A stretch of DNA of 63,383 nucleotides, the filler included, from Choristocarpus tenellus KU-1152 (Eukaryota; Protista; Phaeophyceae): assembly GCA_964200185.2 (NCBI GenBank). It is 13 parts of 13 records of this genome, joined end to end, with 100 filler letters (N's around TTAATTAATTAA, not from the genome) between each part and the next. Parts side by side here need not be neighbours in the genome. Positions count along the whole stretch, not along the records: positions 1 to 10,710 come from CAXNAD020002767.1; positions 10,811 to 15,896 come from CAXNAD020011927.1; 11 more parts are not named here. One strand, 5' to 3'. Below the pieces are notes generated by a model, which did not search any database, was not told the origin of the DNA, and saw only the letters and a program-made list of their open reading frames with translations. The first letter of the stretch is position 1. Every line of letters begins with the position of its first letter. The translations under genes and the position numbers were made by a program. Below are positions 1 to 13,220 of this stretch, piece by piece.

Positions 1-74
1 CCATGGTTGAGGGAACACCATTTGTTGATCGCCATCTGCTCCTGATTCACCCCCTCCCCACCAAATGGACATAC

Positions 75-1520
75 CAAAGCGGCTCCCAAACTTCATGAAC
101 GTGTCCTTGTCGATGTAGCCCTTCTTATCACTGGAGGTACATCAGTATCAGCAGTGAAAGTCGGACAGATGTACATGGTTGGAAAATGAGATAGGCTAAG
201 AGAAATGTGGGTTGAAATATGATAGGTGGTTTGAGGAGTACAGTAGTATCTTGATCGTAGATGCAGCAGCATAGGCAGAGGAAAAAAGTGTTTGAAACTC
301 AGTACGTGGTACAAAATGGCACATAAGCAGCTGATAAATACACCTGGCAGCAAAAAGACTGAGAACTATTCCAGTGATAGCATATCAAGATTCATGTCTA
401 GACATAAAATAATGAAAAAATAACAAGATTTTGAGGTATTGTAGGGGGCACAGTTTAGAAAGTAGAATCACACCATAAGAAGAGAGCTAGAACATTTCAT
501 TGAACAAATAGGACACATCTATCCTTCAACATCCCAAAAATTCCATCCAGAATTGTATATAAAACTTGACATGTGTAAGAGGGGAAGGACAGACACTACA
601 CATCACGATTTCTAACATCTAGACAACAGCATGCCATTATTGATTCTCATCATGGGCAAAAAAAAAAGTAATTTAATGTCATACATTCTTCATAGATGGT
701 TGCATTAAAACTGGCTCAACTCTTGATTATGTTATCTTCGTCCATAAACAAATGCAACTTGGTGACTCTACCTGTCCAATACATTGAAGGAAAGGTCCAG
801 TGCTGCCTCGGGTACATTTCTGTGTCCATTTTTGGCCTGCGAGGTGTTGGAGAAGTATGGTGTGTGTCATTTCGCACTAACCATAAAGAAAATTCCAAGT
901 ACACCGTAATGCTAAAGAAATACAGTGAGTGCTTCCCTACTGCATAGTGTAGTTGTTGGTGCAGTACAAAGTTTCAGTTCTACTCTGGCTCATTTCGACT
1001 CAGGGAACAAAGCATATTATAGATGGCAACTCAAAGACAAAATCGATCCTGTTCCATCTTCAGGGATTGAACATTCAACGGCAGATTCAGAAATTGACCA
1101 TAGATTGAAAGTAAGAATATGTTGCCAACTACTTCAAGATAACTTGTGAAGTACACAAGTAGCATCACCAACTGCTCGGATTGATATTCTGTAGTAGGGA
1201 GCTTACTTGTTCAAGGACCTTGAGGGACAAAACAACACAACCAACACCAACACAAAAGAAATAACCATCTACACATATTCTAGTATATTTACCCAAATAT
1301 AAAAGTACCCCATCTGAACTCACCACCAGCCGGGGAAGCATACCGTCCTAATATATCAAAAACATTGAATACATGCACCTCACACAAATCCTCCATCAGA
1401 AAGCAAAGCTCTTCCCTGTCCATGCGCCCGTCGGAGTTGGCATCGTAATTACACCATATTTTGTTGAGGTCTTCATTCGTAAGCCCTTCTCGGGCAAACT
1501 GAACCAGAAAGTTGGGTCCA
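75..1520 (-). CDS. EF-hand calcium-binding protein, partial, multi-exon (1520-1379, 836-772, 130-75)
   Basis: Hand splicing at AG/GT sites with consistent phases gives GPNFLVQFAREGLTNEDLNKIWCNY-DANSDGRMDREE-LCFLMEDLCE|AKNGHRNVPEAALDLSFNVL-DS|DKKGYIDKDT-FMKFGSRF, i.e. two EF-hand loops. Missed by the ORF track. First and last exons unresolved. Confidence 0.8.
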
Positions 1521-2657
1521 CTGGGAAGCCAACCCCTTCATCACATTGATTGCATCAAGAGCAGTGGTTGGACACATACAAGGTCAAAGAGCATTGGCAA
1601 TGATTTTTTCCGACAATCCCGACTAGAGAGTTGGATGTATTGGACATACTAAACATACTCTTCTTGTTGCGTGTTGATCCTGTTCTACATTGGTTACAAT
1701 CATCTACTCTTAAGAGTTGAGAAGATCTTTTCCATAAATTATGGGATTGAGGTCCAAGGAAGGTAGTATAAAGCAGCATCTCTATTCGTGAGCAAACGCC
1801 TCAACAGCAAAAAAAGAAATCCCTCACCTCTTCCTGGGGGGTATAAAGTTTGTTCTACTGCATAATTGTTCTCATTTTGCAAGAGTTCAACTAACACCAC
1901 TGCCTTTTCATTCACGGAGATGGACAAACACAATTACTGGATAGAGGGAGTGTGTGGCATAGTGGTACAACTGTTCATTAGTGACATAGATTCCTAGTGC
2001 ACTCTCCTTGTACTCTTCGAAACAACCCTTACCATAAGGTTAGGGCTAGATTTGCAAGTGTGCAACTACCTCAGTAATTTTTTCAGGGCTCCCGAAATAC
2101 ATCACATGTTCCGTCTGAATGAGCTTCTTAAGTTAAACCCAACCCCTGAGCATAACCCATTGGAAACTATTACACTCCTTGAGTGCAAGGATAAGTGTAC
2201 GTTTATGATCAACAATCATCAGGGTATGGGTTGGGCTTTCAGTTCTTCACTCTCATGCAGTGTTGGTAATAGTTGAAGTAGGGCATGTTGGTTTATTGAA
2301 ATTTGAATACTCGAGTGTGGTATAAGGTACAAGGGACAACATACAAGGAATATAGGAGTGCAGAGAGAGTGTTGAAAGGCGACCTATAGATGGCACAGGA
2401 TAGCTGGAGAGAGCCCTGCACAATTAGAATATTTACAAAAGAAAGCGAGGTTACAAATATCGTTCCAACTGAGATGTTCTTGTAAAGTGGTGAGCACTAC
2501 TCCTTGGAGCTCTACATACTTCAAATCACATACATACATACACACACCACAAAGCATGTAGGACACAATGTAACAATGAAAGGCCCAGTTAGGCACCTCA
2601 CAACAAGGACTGCACACAAGAGTACAAGTCTGGGACAAAGCACAGAGGGTTTCTAAC

Positions 2658-5600
2658 CGCTTGAGGTAATCCAGTCCCTGCATCTCCACCAGACGGGACA
2701 CTGTCCTATCAAAGGCAAAAACTTCATCAGGCATGACATCCCGCTGCCCAGGGCCGACATTGAGTAAGTCCTTTGCTGAGGCTTCAGCTAGGCATAGAAG
2801 CTTGACACCACGTTCATAAAGAACATCCACCAATGTTATCAACCGTCTAACCTGACCATGCCAGCATAACAACCCATTACAGAAAATGGAAGCACGGAAC
2901 AAGAGATGGTAGCTTGGTGTTGTGCATTTGGGAACAGAGGAGTTCGGTCAACAAACCTATGTATAGATCACTCAAGGCTGTCTCACAATGCACGATTGTC
3001 AAGATTTGAAAGGAGGTGCTACACAATCCAATACCAATCCTGCCCCAAGTTAATCAAAGCAAAATGTTTAAAGGCCCTGTCTTCAGGCAGAGCAAGTGTT
3101 CGCTGTGATGGCTCATTGGAGCTATTGAACCACCACAGTTGAGAAGAGGGCACATCCCTGCTGACAAGCATAAACAAGGAAATCACTGTGTGACCTACCT
3201 GGTTAAGGTGTACAAGTGTCATCCTTGGTATATCGGACACACACAGGGTGTGAAACGCTTCTGACAATGCCTTGTAGTCAGCAGCACCCAAGGCTTGTCC
3301 ACAAAGCTCATCAAAGGTGAATAGAGCCAGGCGAGACCCATCCGCTGCATGTGGTACCTTCACTGAACGCCCCTGAACTCTGGGGGCACAAAAATATGTG
3401 TGGGTGTCACTGGTTGGATAATTAATTATTCCTAGTTCACAAGCCTGCATTATACTCATCCACAACCTATCCTATCCTTTGCCCCGCTAGCAATGTCATC
3501 CTCACTATCTAGAGTATGTGATTCATCATGAACAGAACAGCAAAGTACACAGTACAGAAAAGCAACAGATATCATTTTCCTATCCATCCCGATCTTGAGT
3601 TGACCAGAAACTTGGGGATATGCTGAAAAGCAGTAGTATCCTTCGAATAGCCTAATAGGGCAAGATGAAATAGGCTCACTTGAGCGTAACGGGAACAGTT
3701 TTGGCACCATTGCTAACAGCACTCCATGCATTGTAGAAGGCCTCCTTGTTGGTCTCTGTGTTGGGACTGAAGTAGACTGTGCTAGCAGTGTTGGCACCCT
3801 GTCACATTGCAGTTCAGGGGCATAGTTGTAAGGAACTGAAGGAGATGCATAGTTGTAAGGAACTGAAGGAGATACATAGTTGTAAGGAACTGAAGGAGAT
3901 GCATAGTTGTAAGGAACTGAAGGAGATGCATAGTTGTAAGGAACTGAAGGAGATGCATAGTTGTAAGGAACTGAAGGAGATACAATCAACACAATCGTGT
4001 ATCCAAAACTGCACGTTATGATTTGAAAACGTTCCTGTCCTTGATTCTAGACAAACAAAAAAAACAGGACTAATCTCAGAATTGTCAACCATGACACACA
4101 CTCTCAAAAAGAAAAGAAAAGAGCACACTGATACTACGGTGACGAGGTTGTAGGACACAGTTAGCACAGTGTAAAATAAAAAACAAACTCCACAGACACA
4201 TTCGTGACCAAGCGCAATTCAAAGTTATCAAGGCCTGATCACAAAAAAGAGACACATAGAGATACCCCAAAACATGTGCCTGCACCACCTTAATGAGTCG
4301 GTAGTCAGTAGTGGACTCCTCCAAAGAGTGCACGACTGATCTCTCCTCCAGCATATTGATGAAGGGGAGAAACTCGGCTCGTTGTAGGCCATTATGGTAG
4401 AGGTGCTTGGGGGGGCGATTGGATGTTGCCACCACAACAGCTCCTCGAGCCCACAAGCCATCAAATATTTGACGGACAATCATTGCATCTGCAATGTCAG
4501 TCACCTAGAAACAATTCAGTGAAACACCAATATAGAGGTTTAGCACACATGATCTAAGACACAGTAGAAAACACAGTAGAAAAATATGAGAGGGTCGAAA
4601 GTGTAGGGGAGATTCACACGAGGCTACTCCTAACCCTATGGAATATCTAGGGTTCAGGATATGAGCAAAGTTGAACGGTTCATCTCTATTTATCTTTATC
4701 AGCTCTGCAAGATGTGGGCTCTGTGGCGCCAAATGAGCGGGGAATGGGGACTGTCATTTTTCCAATCCGTCCATCATATATGTTGCAGACTGCATCATGG
4801 TCGGGCTAGTGATGTGTTCTTGTGTTCAATATCCATAGTGCCTTATGCCTGATAAATTTCTTCATCCTGAATGTCATGGAAGGGATCGCCAGGTTCAACC
4901 TTGTTTTCTGCCTCTAGAAAAGTGCAATGATTCAACCGATACCCAGAAGGAAAATAGGCCACCAACCTGCATCTCATCGAAACAGAGCAACCAGCCTAGA
5001 TCGTGTAGGTCCTCCGTGACGCTGTACACCATTGCATCGCCACTTACACCACGCTGACGACAGCGATGCATCCGCGCGTGAACATCCATCATGAAGTCAA
5101 CAAAATGCACCCTTCTCTTAGAGCGGACTGTCGACTCCTGCGGAAGAAGTGTACAGTACGGAGGAAGTGAACACCCTCATTGCAAACTACGGATTTCCTC
5201 GTACCAAAATTCACTTGCAGACCTTATTGTCGAATTCGAGGGGAAATCAAAGACCAATATTGGGATAGTGAATCCTGAATGGTCCAACATTCTTTCTAGA
5301 CAACATGGGAAAAATTCTGTACTAACTGGGTATAGTAAGGGGTTTTAAACCTAATCAAGATCATTGAGATGCACATTTTTTTCCTCACCACACACTTCTA
5401 CCTTATACCTGACCTTGTAAAATAGATTCATCATAAATGTTTTTCCCGTCCCAACACCACCGTGCATATAAACCCCACGAGGGGCAATGTTTGCCCCGGC
5501 GTCAACATCTCCTCCATTCCCAAGTTGCTGCAAGATGGATGTCCATCGGCCCCATCGTCCCTCAGAGCGGCGATTCTGTGGCTCATAGCTCTCCAACGAG

Positions 5601-5951
5601 TTGTGAAGCTGAGGTAGAGGTGCCACCGAGCCATGGAACGAGATGTAGGTGAGTATGTCGTGGAAAAACTCACATCTTTTTAACATCCATACATACAACA
5701 GACCCCGAGGTCATGAGCTTCCTTGCCTCTTGTAAGATCTTCAGGGTGGAAATCTGATGCTTGTCCTCTGCTATTCCTCCGGCCTCCACCAGTCGTAAGT
5801 ATGCCTCCATCGGGCCTGTGCTCAATCGTTTCTTTATTCCTTCCGCATCTCTTGCCCGTATTTCAACCCCAGCAAAAGCTCTCACGCCAACTGACGCCAC
5901 CCCCCAGAAGTCTGCCCGAGCTCTTTTCCAACAGGTCCCTACCACGCGCAT
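2658..5951 (-). CDS. AFG1: AFG1/LACE1/ZapE-family ATPase, probably mitochondrial. Exons 5951-5727, 5608-5414, 5137-4967, 4504-4289, 3798-3680, 3379-3199, 2851-~2658; 3' end uncertain
   Basis: Walker A GVYMHGGVGTGKT, RVHFVDFM, Walker B LLCFDEMQ|VTDIADAMI, VATSNRPP..LYHNGLQR, FDELCG..LGAADY, RRLITLVDVLYE, FAFDRTVSRLVEMQ. Exon phases are consistent. The Arg-rich N-terminus suggests mitochondrial targeting. Confidence 0.93.
3820..3981. repeat. 27-bp minisatellite, 6 copies (GCATAGTTGTAAGGAACTGAAGGAGAT), inside an AFG1 intron
   Basis: Directly visible; one unit has a G>A change. It produces the repetitive ORFs at 3456-4167. Confidence 0.97.
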
Positions 5952-6294
5952 GGTTAAATTTTGTACGAGAGCTCCGTGCACTGGCTCGGAGAGCTTTGAG
6001 CAACTCGAGTAGGAATGGTAATCAATTACAGTCCTCTACATGCTTTGCACTTTGCTTGATTTTGGTTTGAAGTTTGTAGTTCTCCCTCAAAAACCAACCA
6101 ACTAGCAAGTGGCCGTTCTTAAATTGTTGGTGGATGAAGCGACTTACCAGACTGTTCACCTACACCTCTACAATCCTGTTGTTGTTGAGGTTTTCTAAGA
6201 TAGTCAGTAGTGGGGTATTGTCACACACATAGGTGGTCTCCACCAAAGTGTCTTATAGTCTCCTCATGAGTCATTTTCCAGGGTGCCGGCAGTT
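5952..6294. promoter_or_regulatory. Probable bidirectional promoter between AFG1 and SLX1
   Basis: Divergent ATGs at 5951 (-) and 6295 (+) are 343 bp apart. Inferred from geometry only. Confidence 0.5.
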
Positions 6295-8522
6295 ATGACG
6301 GAGGTTGCTGGGGTGAGGGAGAGGGGCGAAGGTGGTGTTACATTGAAAACCAAGACAAAGGCATTCCATTGCTATCTGCTACGGAGCATGGATCCAAAAC
6401 ACTTTCGGTCGACCTACATTGGCTTCACCATGGATCCGTGTCGAAGGATCAGGCAACATAAGTAAGAATCAACCTGAATGTTCTGATAGATCATTTTGTT
6501 ACGATCAGCAGTTCCATATTTGTCTACCAGCACCCTCCAGAATAACCGTTTGCAACTGACTTCCAATCTTCTCCTCGCCTCCCTCGCTTCATGCTGGACA
6601 CTGTTGAAAGTGGTGAGATCACTGCTGGGGCATATCGGGTGAGAGGAAATTAATTGGTTGCGTTGTGTTCATTGTGTGACACGGATGTGATCGAGAGGCC
6701 AAGGGAAACTGACTTTGCAGGATCTCTTGTACCCTTTTTATTGACTAACCCCACACATTTGTGGGGAACCGCGACTTTTTTCTTGTTGGCATTCCTATTT
6801 CTCTTTTCCATCTAGACAAAGCGCAAACGTCCTTGGGAAATGGTAGCGGTAGTTCACGATTTCCCGTCGAAGACGTCAGCCTTGCAGTTTGAGTGGGCAT
6901 GGCAGCACCCCGATCGGGATCGCCACATCAGAGGAAATGTTGGATGCATGCCTTTGGTATCTCGCCGGACTGCTGGAGTTCGCGGAAAGCTGACCTTGGC
7001 TAAGGCGATGTTACAACTTCAGCCATGGAGTAGGTGTGATTTGGCGTTGGGAATCGTAGCCCAAGTTCTTGCTCAAGGTTACCCCGAGGTTAAATGGCGA
7101 GGACGGTTCCCTGGTGTAGCCGGTTGTAGCAAGAGATACCATCACGCCCTAACTTGAACGTATACCTGAGGCGAATGCCTTGCAATCAGTACTTACTTGT
7201 GTCTTGAACAAACGTTTTTCTAGAGGGAGTCCGAAACTTTTCTCTAGGCGATGCTAAACATCGGAAAACCAGAAAATGCACTTTTTTTTATTGTTGCTTC
7301 AATAAATTATTATAGAAGAGCATGCTGCATGTGTTGTGGGCAAATCGAGAGCTAACGAAGACAGAGAGCTTGCAGAAACCTCGTGATATTCATTACCACT
7401 CCTCACCATGATTGCTGCACCATGTTTTGACTCCTCCGTAGGTATGGTCTAGGCATCCGGTTTCTGAGGGAGGAGTTTGCTAAGTCATTCCGTGCTATCA
7501 ACCTGCCCCCAACTATGCTGGCATTAGGATTATCAGATGTGTGCATTTCGGTGGGAAGTCATGACGGGTTACAGGTCTATCAAGGTTTCTGCGAGGAGAG
7601 CCAGAGTAGTGATAGCGAGCTTACTGGTGGGCATATGGGCAGAGGAAATGCTTCCATTAATAATGGAAGCTGTGGCTTATGCAGGGAGTGCTTCGAATTT
7701 GGAGAGGTTTTTGTAGAATGCAACCACTGTTGGCTTGCTGCACATATCAGGTGTCTGTCCAGATGCTTTACACAGCAGCATGGTGACCTCACAGAGCTCA
7801 TTCCTCGAGAAGGCAGATGTCCTGGACATGGCTGTGGAAAATATGTCTTGTGGGCTGATGTTGTAAGAAGGGTTCAGAGACATGAGCCCTCAGAAGATTC
7901 AGTTGCTGCAGTCACTTGCTCCTCGAATCTTGATGGATGTGGCACCAGTCGCAGACGCCTTCCATATGCAAATGTGTGGCTTGTTGATGACAGCAGCAAT
8001 GGTTCAGACATGGATGGGAATGGAAGTACAGATAGCGATGGTGATAACAGTGCTGATGAAGATGCCTTGGATACCAACAAGCAACAGCTGTTGCAGGGGC
8101 AAGACAAAGACGCCTGTATCGCATTGAACACCTACGATTTTGATCTCTTTACATTAGATGAGCCCCCTGCAAAAGGCAGATTGAGTGGTTCAACTCTAGA
8201 GAGTTTGGGGGGTGAGCACCCTGTTGAAGATATAGAGAGCCTCACCTGGAAAAGTGTCCCCGATAAGTCATGCCAAAGTGCTGTAGTTAACGAGGCAAAG
8301 TCCTGCCGCGGATCATCCACTGCCAACCCTACTTCAGCTGTAAGGTGTAAGCCACAGTCACTTGTCTTATCCACTTCTGATCATTCTGAGGGGGGAACTG
8401 TGTGTTGTGAGCAGCTTGATTCAGCAGTGTTCTCACCTACACCTTTGACTTTGATAGAGCGCCTGGAGTTGCGAAGAGCTGCAAGGAATTTTGTTGGAGT
8501 CTTGGAGGCCACACACCCCTGA
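6295..8522 (+). CDS. SLX1: Structure-specific endonuclease subunit SLX1 (GIY-YIG plus C-terminal Zn finger). Exons 6295-6461, 6611-6638, 6816-7033, 7442-8522
   Basis: [23 protein letters not shown]|GEITAGAYR|[32 protein letters not shown], then CxxC..CxxC..HxxC..CxxxxC. Splice phases are consistent and include a 28-nt microexon. Acidic low-complexity tail. Confidence 0.95.
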
Positions 8523-10643
8523 TGGCCCAACTAGGGGAGCATACAGTTCTAAAAATTGAGATGGCCATTGTAAAATTGTATTGTGTCAATATTTGCAGTT
8601 GTGAATTGTTGTAAATTTCTCCTATCGTGTTGTCTTTGGAACTAATGCATGGTATGGTATCACAGAATGGGATGGGAGAGGGAATTGTCTTGGTCTCCAG
8701 TGCAGGGAGGTATGAGTAGCCTGAGATTCTTGAATTTTATTGGGAAAGTAGATCTGTCAAGATGACTTTTTCCCTTTCTCATTAGAAGTATGTGAGTACA
8801 TTCCAGAGGTTGCTTCAAACAAATAGAAAGCCCTGCAACCCCTAGAGTGTTTTACTTCTCAGATGGTTCACACTGGATCTTATAACACTATCTGTAATAG
8901 TTAATGCTCCCCTTGAGATATTAATTTTCCTGCTGGAACTGATACTCCAGTCCAAAAACGACGAAAACTGACCCCCTCCCAACTTGTTGAAATTTATTAT
9001 CTCGACAAACATCAACCAGGCTCTGATATTCACAGCCACCTACTTAATTTTTTTTATATCTCTTCAATAAGAGGATCTAAATTCACAGCACACATGGTAT
9101 GCACAAGCGATCTAGATGCTTTAAAGATCTGTTGGTTCCCTCCATTAATTTTGCGGGTTGGAACTTGAACTACGTCGATGCTGGGTTGAAGGGAGTATTT
9201 GGTCAGTGCAGGAAACTTTACACAGCATTGATTGTTTACTGTCACTGAGTACTAGTCATATCACAACGACAAGCAATGACTCACTACATGGTTTTAGGTA
9301 GAAAAAATTTTCGTCACCACATGGTAGACTAACTACAGGGAGGAATTATGCCTCACTGGGTGAGTGGGGCACCCTGCTGAAGGTGAAGATAACTGTGTCA
9401 CCTGCCATTCTGCTTCACTTCATTTACAAAAATGGACTACATCAAAATGAAAATAAAAGAGATATTTAACTCTCACATGTAAACACTACTTACCAAAAAA
9501 TGCATATTGTCAGGTTTTGAAAAGAGGTATATTTTGCTCCACAAGTTTTGATCAATAGTAATTGGATGCAGTCAGTTACTATGGTCATTCATTCACAACT
9601 CCAGAAAACATCTTTTTTATGTGCAAAGTTGACAATGTTGGGGCGGTGACAAAATCTGGTACTACTATGGCAGGTAGATACTTCTTTGCAGATGGATGCC
9701 TTCACACAACAGGCTTTTTCCAAACACGTCAAAGGATCTTTCGTCATGTTTCTGAGGATCAACCTACAACATGTGTCGGATATAAGGAAATACTGTCAAA
9801 GAACTGTGTCAATCCTTAGGTCCTTTGGAAAACCCACATATCAGCAAATTAGCATGCAACAGCACCAAGCATGCATCGTACAAAACAGAATTGGCTCCAA
9901 AAGTGCAGGGTAAGGGTAGGGTGCTTCTGGGTCAGTAACAACAAAACAACTCTAAATGGATACTCTATTCACACCATACATAACAGTCAGTGTGAGAAGG
10001 TACAACAAGCTTGTAAGAGTTAAATATCAAAAACAAAACTTTCTTCCACTTGTATCTGCTCATATCAACATCATACACGGCCCTATTTTCAACAACAGAG
10101 ACATAATGAAATATACTCTCTCTATCCCGTATGTCTGGGCCTTGAAGATTTTTTGTTAGTAACTTTTTCAAATGTGAGATTCAGAAATAGAAATTAATAT
10201 TGTTCAAAAGCAAACAATTTCGGGTTGCACATAAATCTCTTTGAAATAAACATCACAACATACTTAGCCCAGGACTCATTTACATTTGTTATAGTACTAT
10301 TGGTTATCCATAGAGTAAGGCTCAGATGAGAACCCTTCCACACCAGTCCCAAAAGGACAGGAACATCAAGGTATAGCATCAGGGCCATTTCCAACAACGT
10401 CAACCCTACTGATAGAGTCAAGGGAACTGAAGTGTGTACACAGCAAGCACCCCCACTCATTCAAATTAAGACTTGAAAACTGTGTTAATAGACACTCAAC
10501 AAAAAAATACAAAATAGGGCAAGATATATACTTAGGCTCAAGAGGTAGTGTGTGGACCCCTCTACAACGAAGCAGTAGACGAATTACTTGAACTGAATGT
10601 TCAGATGCTCAAGGCCAAAGTGCTTGGGTTTTGTGTATGCTCT

Positions 10644-10710
10644 GACCCAAAGTATCTGGGAGGGGGGGGGGGGTCTACACTAGGGTGTCCATTTGGACCA
10701 AAATCAGGAA
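10644..10710 (+). mobile_element. MITE family A, long-spacer end, truncated by contig end
   Basis: GACCCAAAGTATCTGGG..GGTCTACAC..GTCCATTTGGACCAAAATCAGGAA matches the full copies at 13038 and 55154. Confidence 0.9.
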
Positions 10711-10810
10711 NNNNNNNNNNNNNNNNNNNNNNNNNNNNNNNNNNNNNNNNNNNNTTAATTAATTAANNNNNNNNNNNNNNNNNNNNNNNNNNNNNNNNNN
10801 NNNNNNNNNN
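10711..10810. other. Artificial contig linker N44-TTAATTAATTAA-N44 (first of 12)
   Basis: Same 100-bp six-frame-stop linker at 10711, 15897, 18608, 24438, 27436, 35106, 37710, 45981, 49491, 55011, 57822 and 60669. Adjacency across linkers is not biological. Confidence 0.99.
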
Positions 10811-10907
10811 CAAATCCGACACGTGCGACCAAGTCACACAAAAAATGTGATAATCGAAAAAAGGGTGAAAAACGGACGCCGACACCCCTCCCCAGATACT
10901 TTGACCC
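10811..10907 (+). mobile_element. MITE family A, short-spacer end, truncated by contig start
   Basis: ATCCGACA..CACACAAAAA..CCCAGATACTTTGACCC matches the right half of 13038-13220. Confidence 0.88.
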
Positions 10908-13037
10908 ACATGTCTCTTCTGCTTTTATTTTTCCACATTGTTTGACACTAGTACCTATAGGGAAGAGACGTAACATATCCTCTTGGGGCAAGATTTGTTC
11001 TTGGATGGGAACATTAGTTGGGCATGGTCTTATGTTAGGATTGTGAAGGTCCTAGAAGGTATGATAAATATCCAACTGTAGTAAGGTAAGGCTGTTCATT
11101 TCTTCTGTTTAGTTACCTAGTCTAACAACTATCCATCTTAGAACTTTCCTGTGTACTTACAATACTAATTGCTAAGGTCTGACAAGGGTACATTGTTACT
11201 GCTCGGTCTGGGTGTTGAAATCCTGGCAAAGGTACCCATGGTGACAATGGAGGTGGTTAGAAGCCTTGACCTTCTCTAAATGACAGTATACTTATAGTGT
11301 TATCTTCGAAAATGTTGTGTTCAATAATAGATGAGATGTAATTTCCCCTTCTGCACCTGTGTCAAGGAGTACCTGGACAGGCATTCTCGAGTGGACTCTG
11401 CGTGGGTGACATATCGGGGCATACTTTGATACTTGACTAGTACAATGGTCGGTGTCATGGCGAATATTGTCGAGGTAGGAATGAAAGTCTTATGTCTATA
11501 GTTGGAATGACATGGATCGTTGGGGCTTCAGACTCCATGAGGCAACTTCAAGACAACTCTGCAGCGTCCGAAACGGTTGGGATTCTCGCGGATAGTGGAG
11601 GGAGTTTCGAGTCTTGCATCGCTGCTACGTACTGGAGAAATGTATCAATTAAGGCTACCATCGTACGCAACACTGCAGTAGATTGAGTACCAGGAGGTCC
11701 TGGGTGGGTTCCCGAAAAGGTATGAGAGGATTCCTCTGGGAGCTAAAGAGTCGCCTTACGTAGACCTGCAGTTATGGACGTGAAGCAGTCTTGGCTACAG
11801 GCATGATGAAAGCAAACTCAGTGTTCCTTTAGCCATATGTCGACTTCGTCTTGTGGAGGTAGAAGATGGAGGTAAGCCTTTGCCCAAATTCATGCTCAAT
11901 TCTATCGTTCGCCCTGTCTGTGGCTAAAGCAGGGATCAAAGCACCGGCTGGGGAACGGATTTTGATGCATTGCTTTCTTTTCTTTATTTGAGCGAACGAG
12001 GTACCGTGTTTGCCGGGAACAGAGGAAGGTTCAATATTTAAGGCAGTACAGACAGCTGGCTAGGAGTTCTGGGTTAACACTGAAGCATCAGTGCAAGGGC
12101 TGCCAGTACACGGTTGACAACCTCTCTGTATAACAACAGCGAAGTTTGGCTTGATACATCTTCGTGTATGGACATCCTATTGTGGTGATATAGTCCCATT
12201 TTCTGCCTGACGATCGGGGTTTCAGCTGACGCAGCGGAAGGGTATGGCATGCTAGTAAACATACAAGCGCATCTATCATCAACCCAAATGAGTGTGAGTC
12301 TTCTCCTTACACAATACAACTTTTGGAGCTTCTTGATTGGCTGGGAAAATGAGTATCGGTCGCTTCAATCGGATAATCTTTCATGCAATTCGATGGTTTA
12401 CCAATTCGGCCCCCAAAAGATTATTCTAGGAAATTACTAGTGAGTAAGTTTGGCTTCAATTTCATCCCAGGACAAATATCCTATTTGTTTTGTAGCCTTT
12501 AATTTGGTTAGGACGTTTGGGAGGAGAGTTGGGAATTGGTACAAATCAATGAGATGATCTTCCCCTCCCAAAAACAACTTCATATACATGAGGCATCCGT
12601 GAGTCCACAGTATACGCTCGATAGTGCAAAACTAGGCTATTGCCGCAGCCTTCCGCGTCACACCTCTCAAAAATAACAACTTTATGGCAACCTTTATCGC
12701 GATTTTCGGCTGGCCACCCGAAAGGGTGCATTCTCTCACCAAATATGGACGTATTCGGTTGATGTTACGTCGTCTCGAGGGTCCTGTAAGAGCTTCCCTG
12801 TGAAGTGTGGGACGTCGATTGTAGCCGAAGCATCTAAAAGAACCGCTGTGCGTCCTAAGAAAGTCGAACAAGAGTTTTCGAGGAGTTCGATGTGTAAAAG
12901 GGTCAAAGTTATTGATGTGTGGACACGATGCATAAGCGCGTTGCGCCGTCACGACTGCTGAAGGAATTCTCGCAAAGTCTGACCCTGGGTTGGAAACTCT
13001 CCGAATCACTGATTCCCAGTGGAACCTGTGAAGTAAT

Positions 13038-13220
13038 GACTCAAAGTATCTGGGGGGAGAGTGGTGATGGTCTACACCAGGGTGTCCATTTTTGGTCAAA
13101 ATCAGGAAAGCGCATTTTCATTATCCATCCGACATTTACAACCAACTCACACAAAAATCGCGACATGAAAAAATTGACCCCAAATGGACAGCCGCCACCC
13201 CCCCCCAAATACTTTGAGCC
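13038..13220 (+). mobile_element. MITE family A, full length (183 bp), TSD AAT
   Basis: TIRs GACTCAAAGTATCTGGGGGG and CCCCCCAAATACTTTGAGCC; AAT at 13035-13037 and 13221-13223; inverted subterminal GTCCATTT motif. Confidence 0.95.

Noticed and set aside
3456-4167. Repetitive ORFs (ASPSVPYNY, HSCKELKEM and others)
   Set aside because: Translations of an intronic 27-bp minisatellite; the real exon is 3798-3680 in another frame.
2384-5981. AFG1/ZapE, SLX1 GIY-YIG or hemA as bacterial or horizontally transferred genes, or a defence operon
   Set aside because: All have spliceosomal introns and are standard eukaryotic genes.
8840-10460. Possible 3' exons of another minus-strand gene
   Set aside because: Some open AG/GT-bounded segments exist, but I could not join them in consistent phase or recognise a family.
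10548-10991. Recurrent peptide [PS]KYLGGGG in many short ORFs as a protein family
   Set aside because: It is the translation of the MITE A terminal repeat.
13038-13220. MITEs as Introner-like elements that create introns
   Set aside because: No copy interrupts a reconstructed host exon as a GT-AG unit; all lie in introns, intergenic DNA or other repeats and relics.
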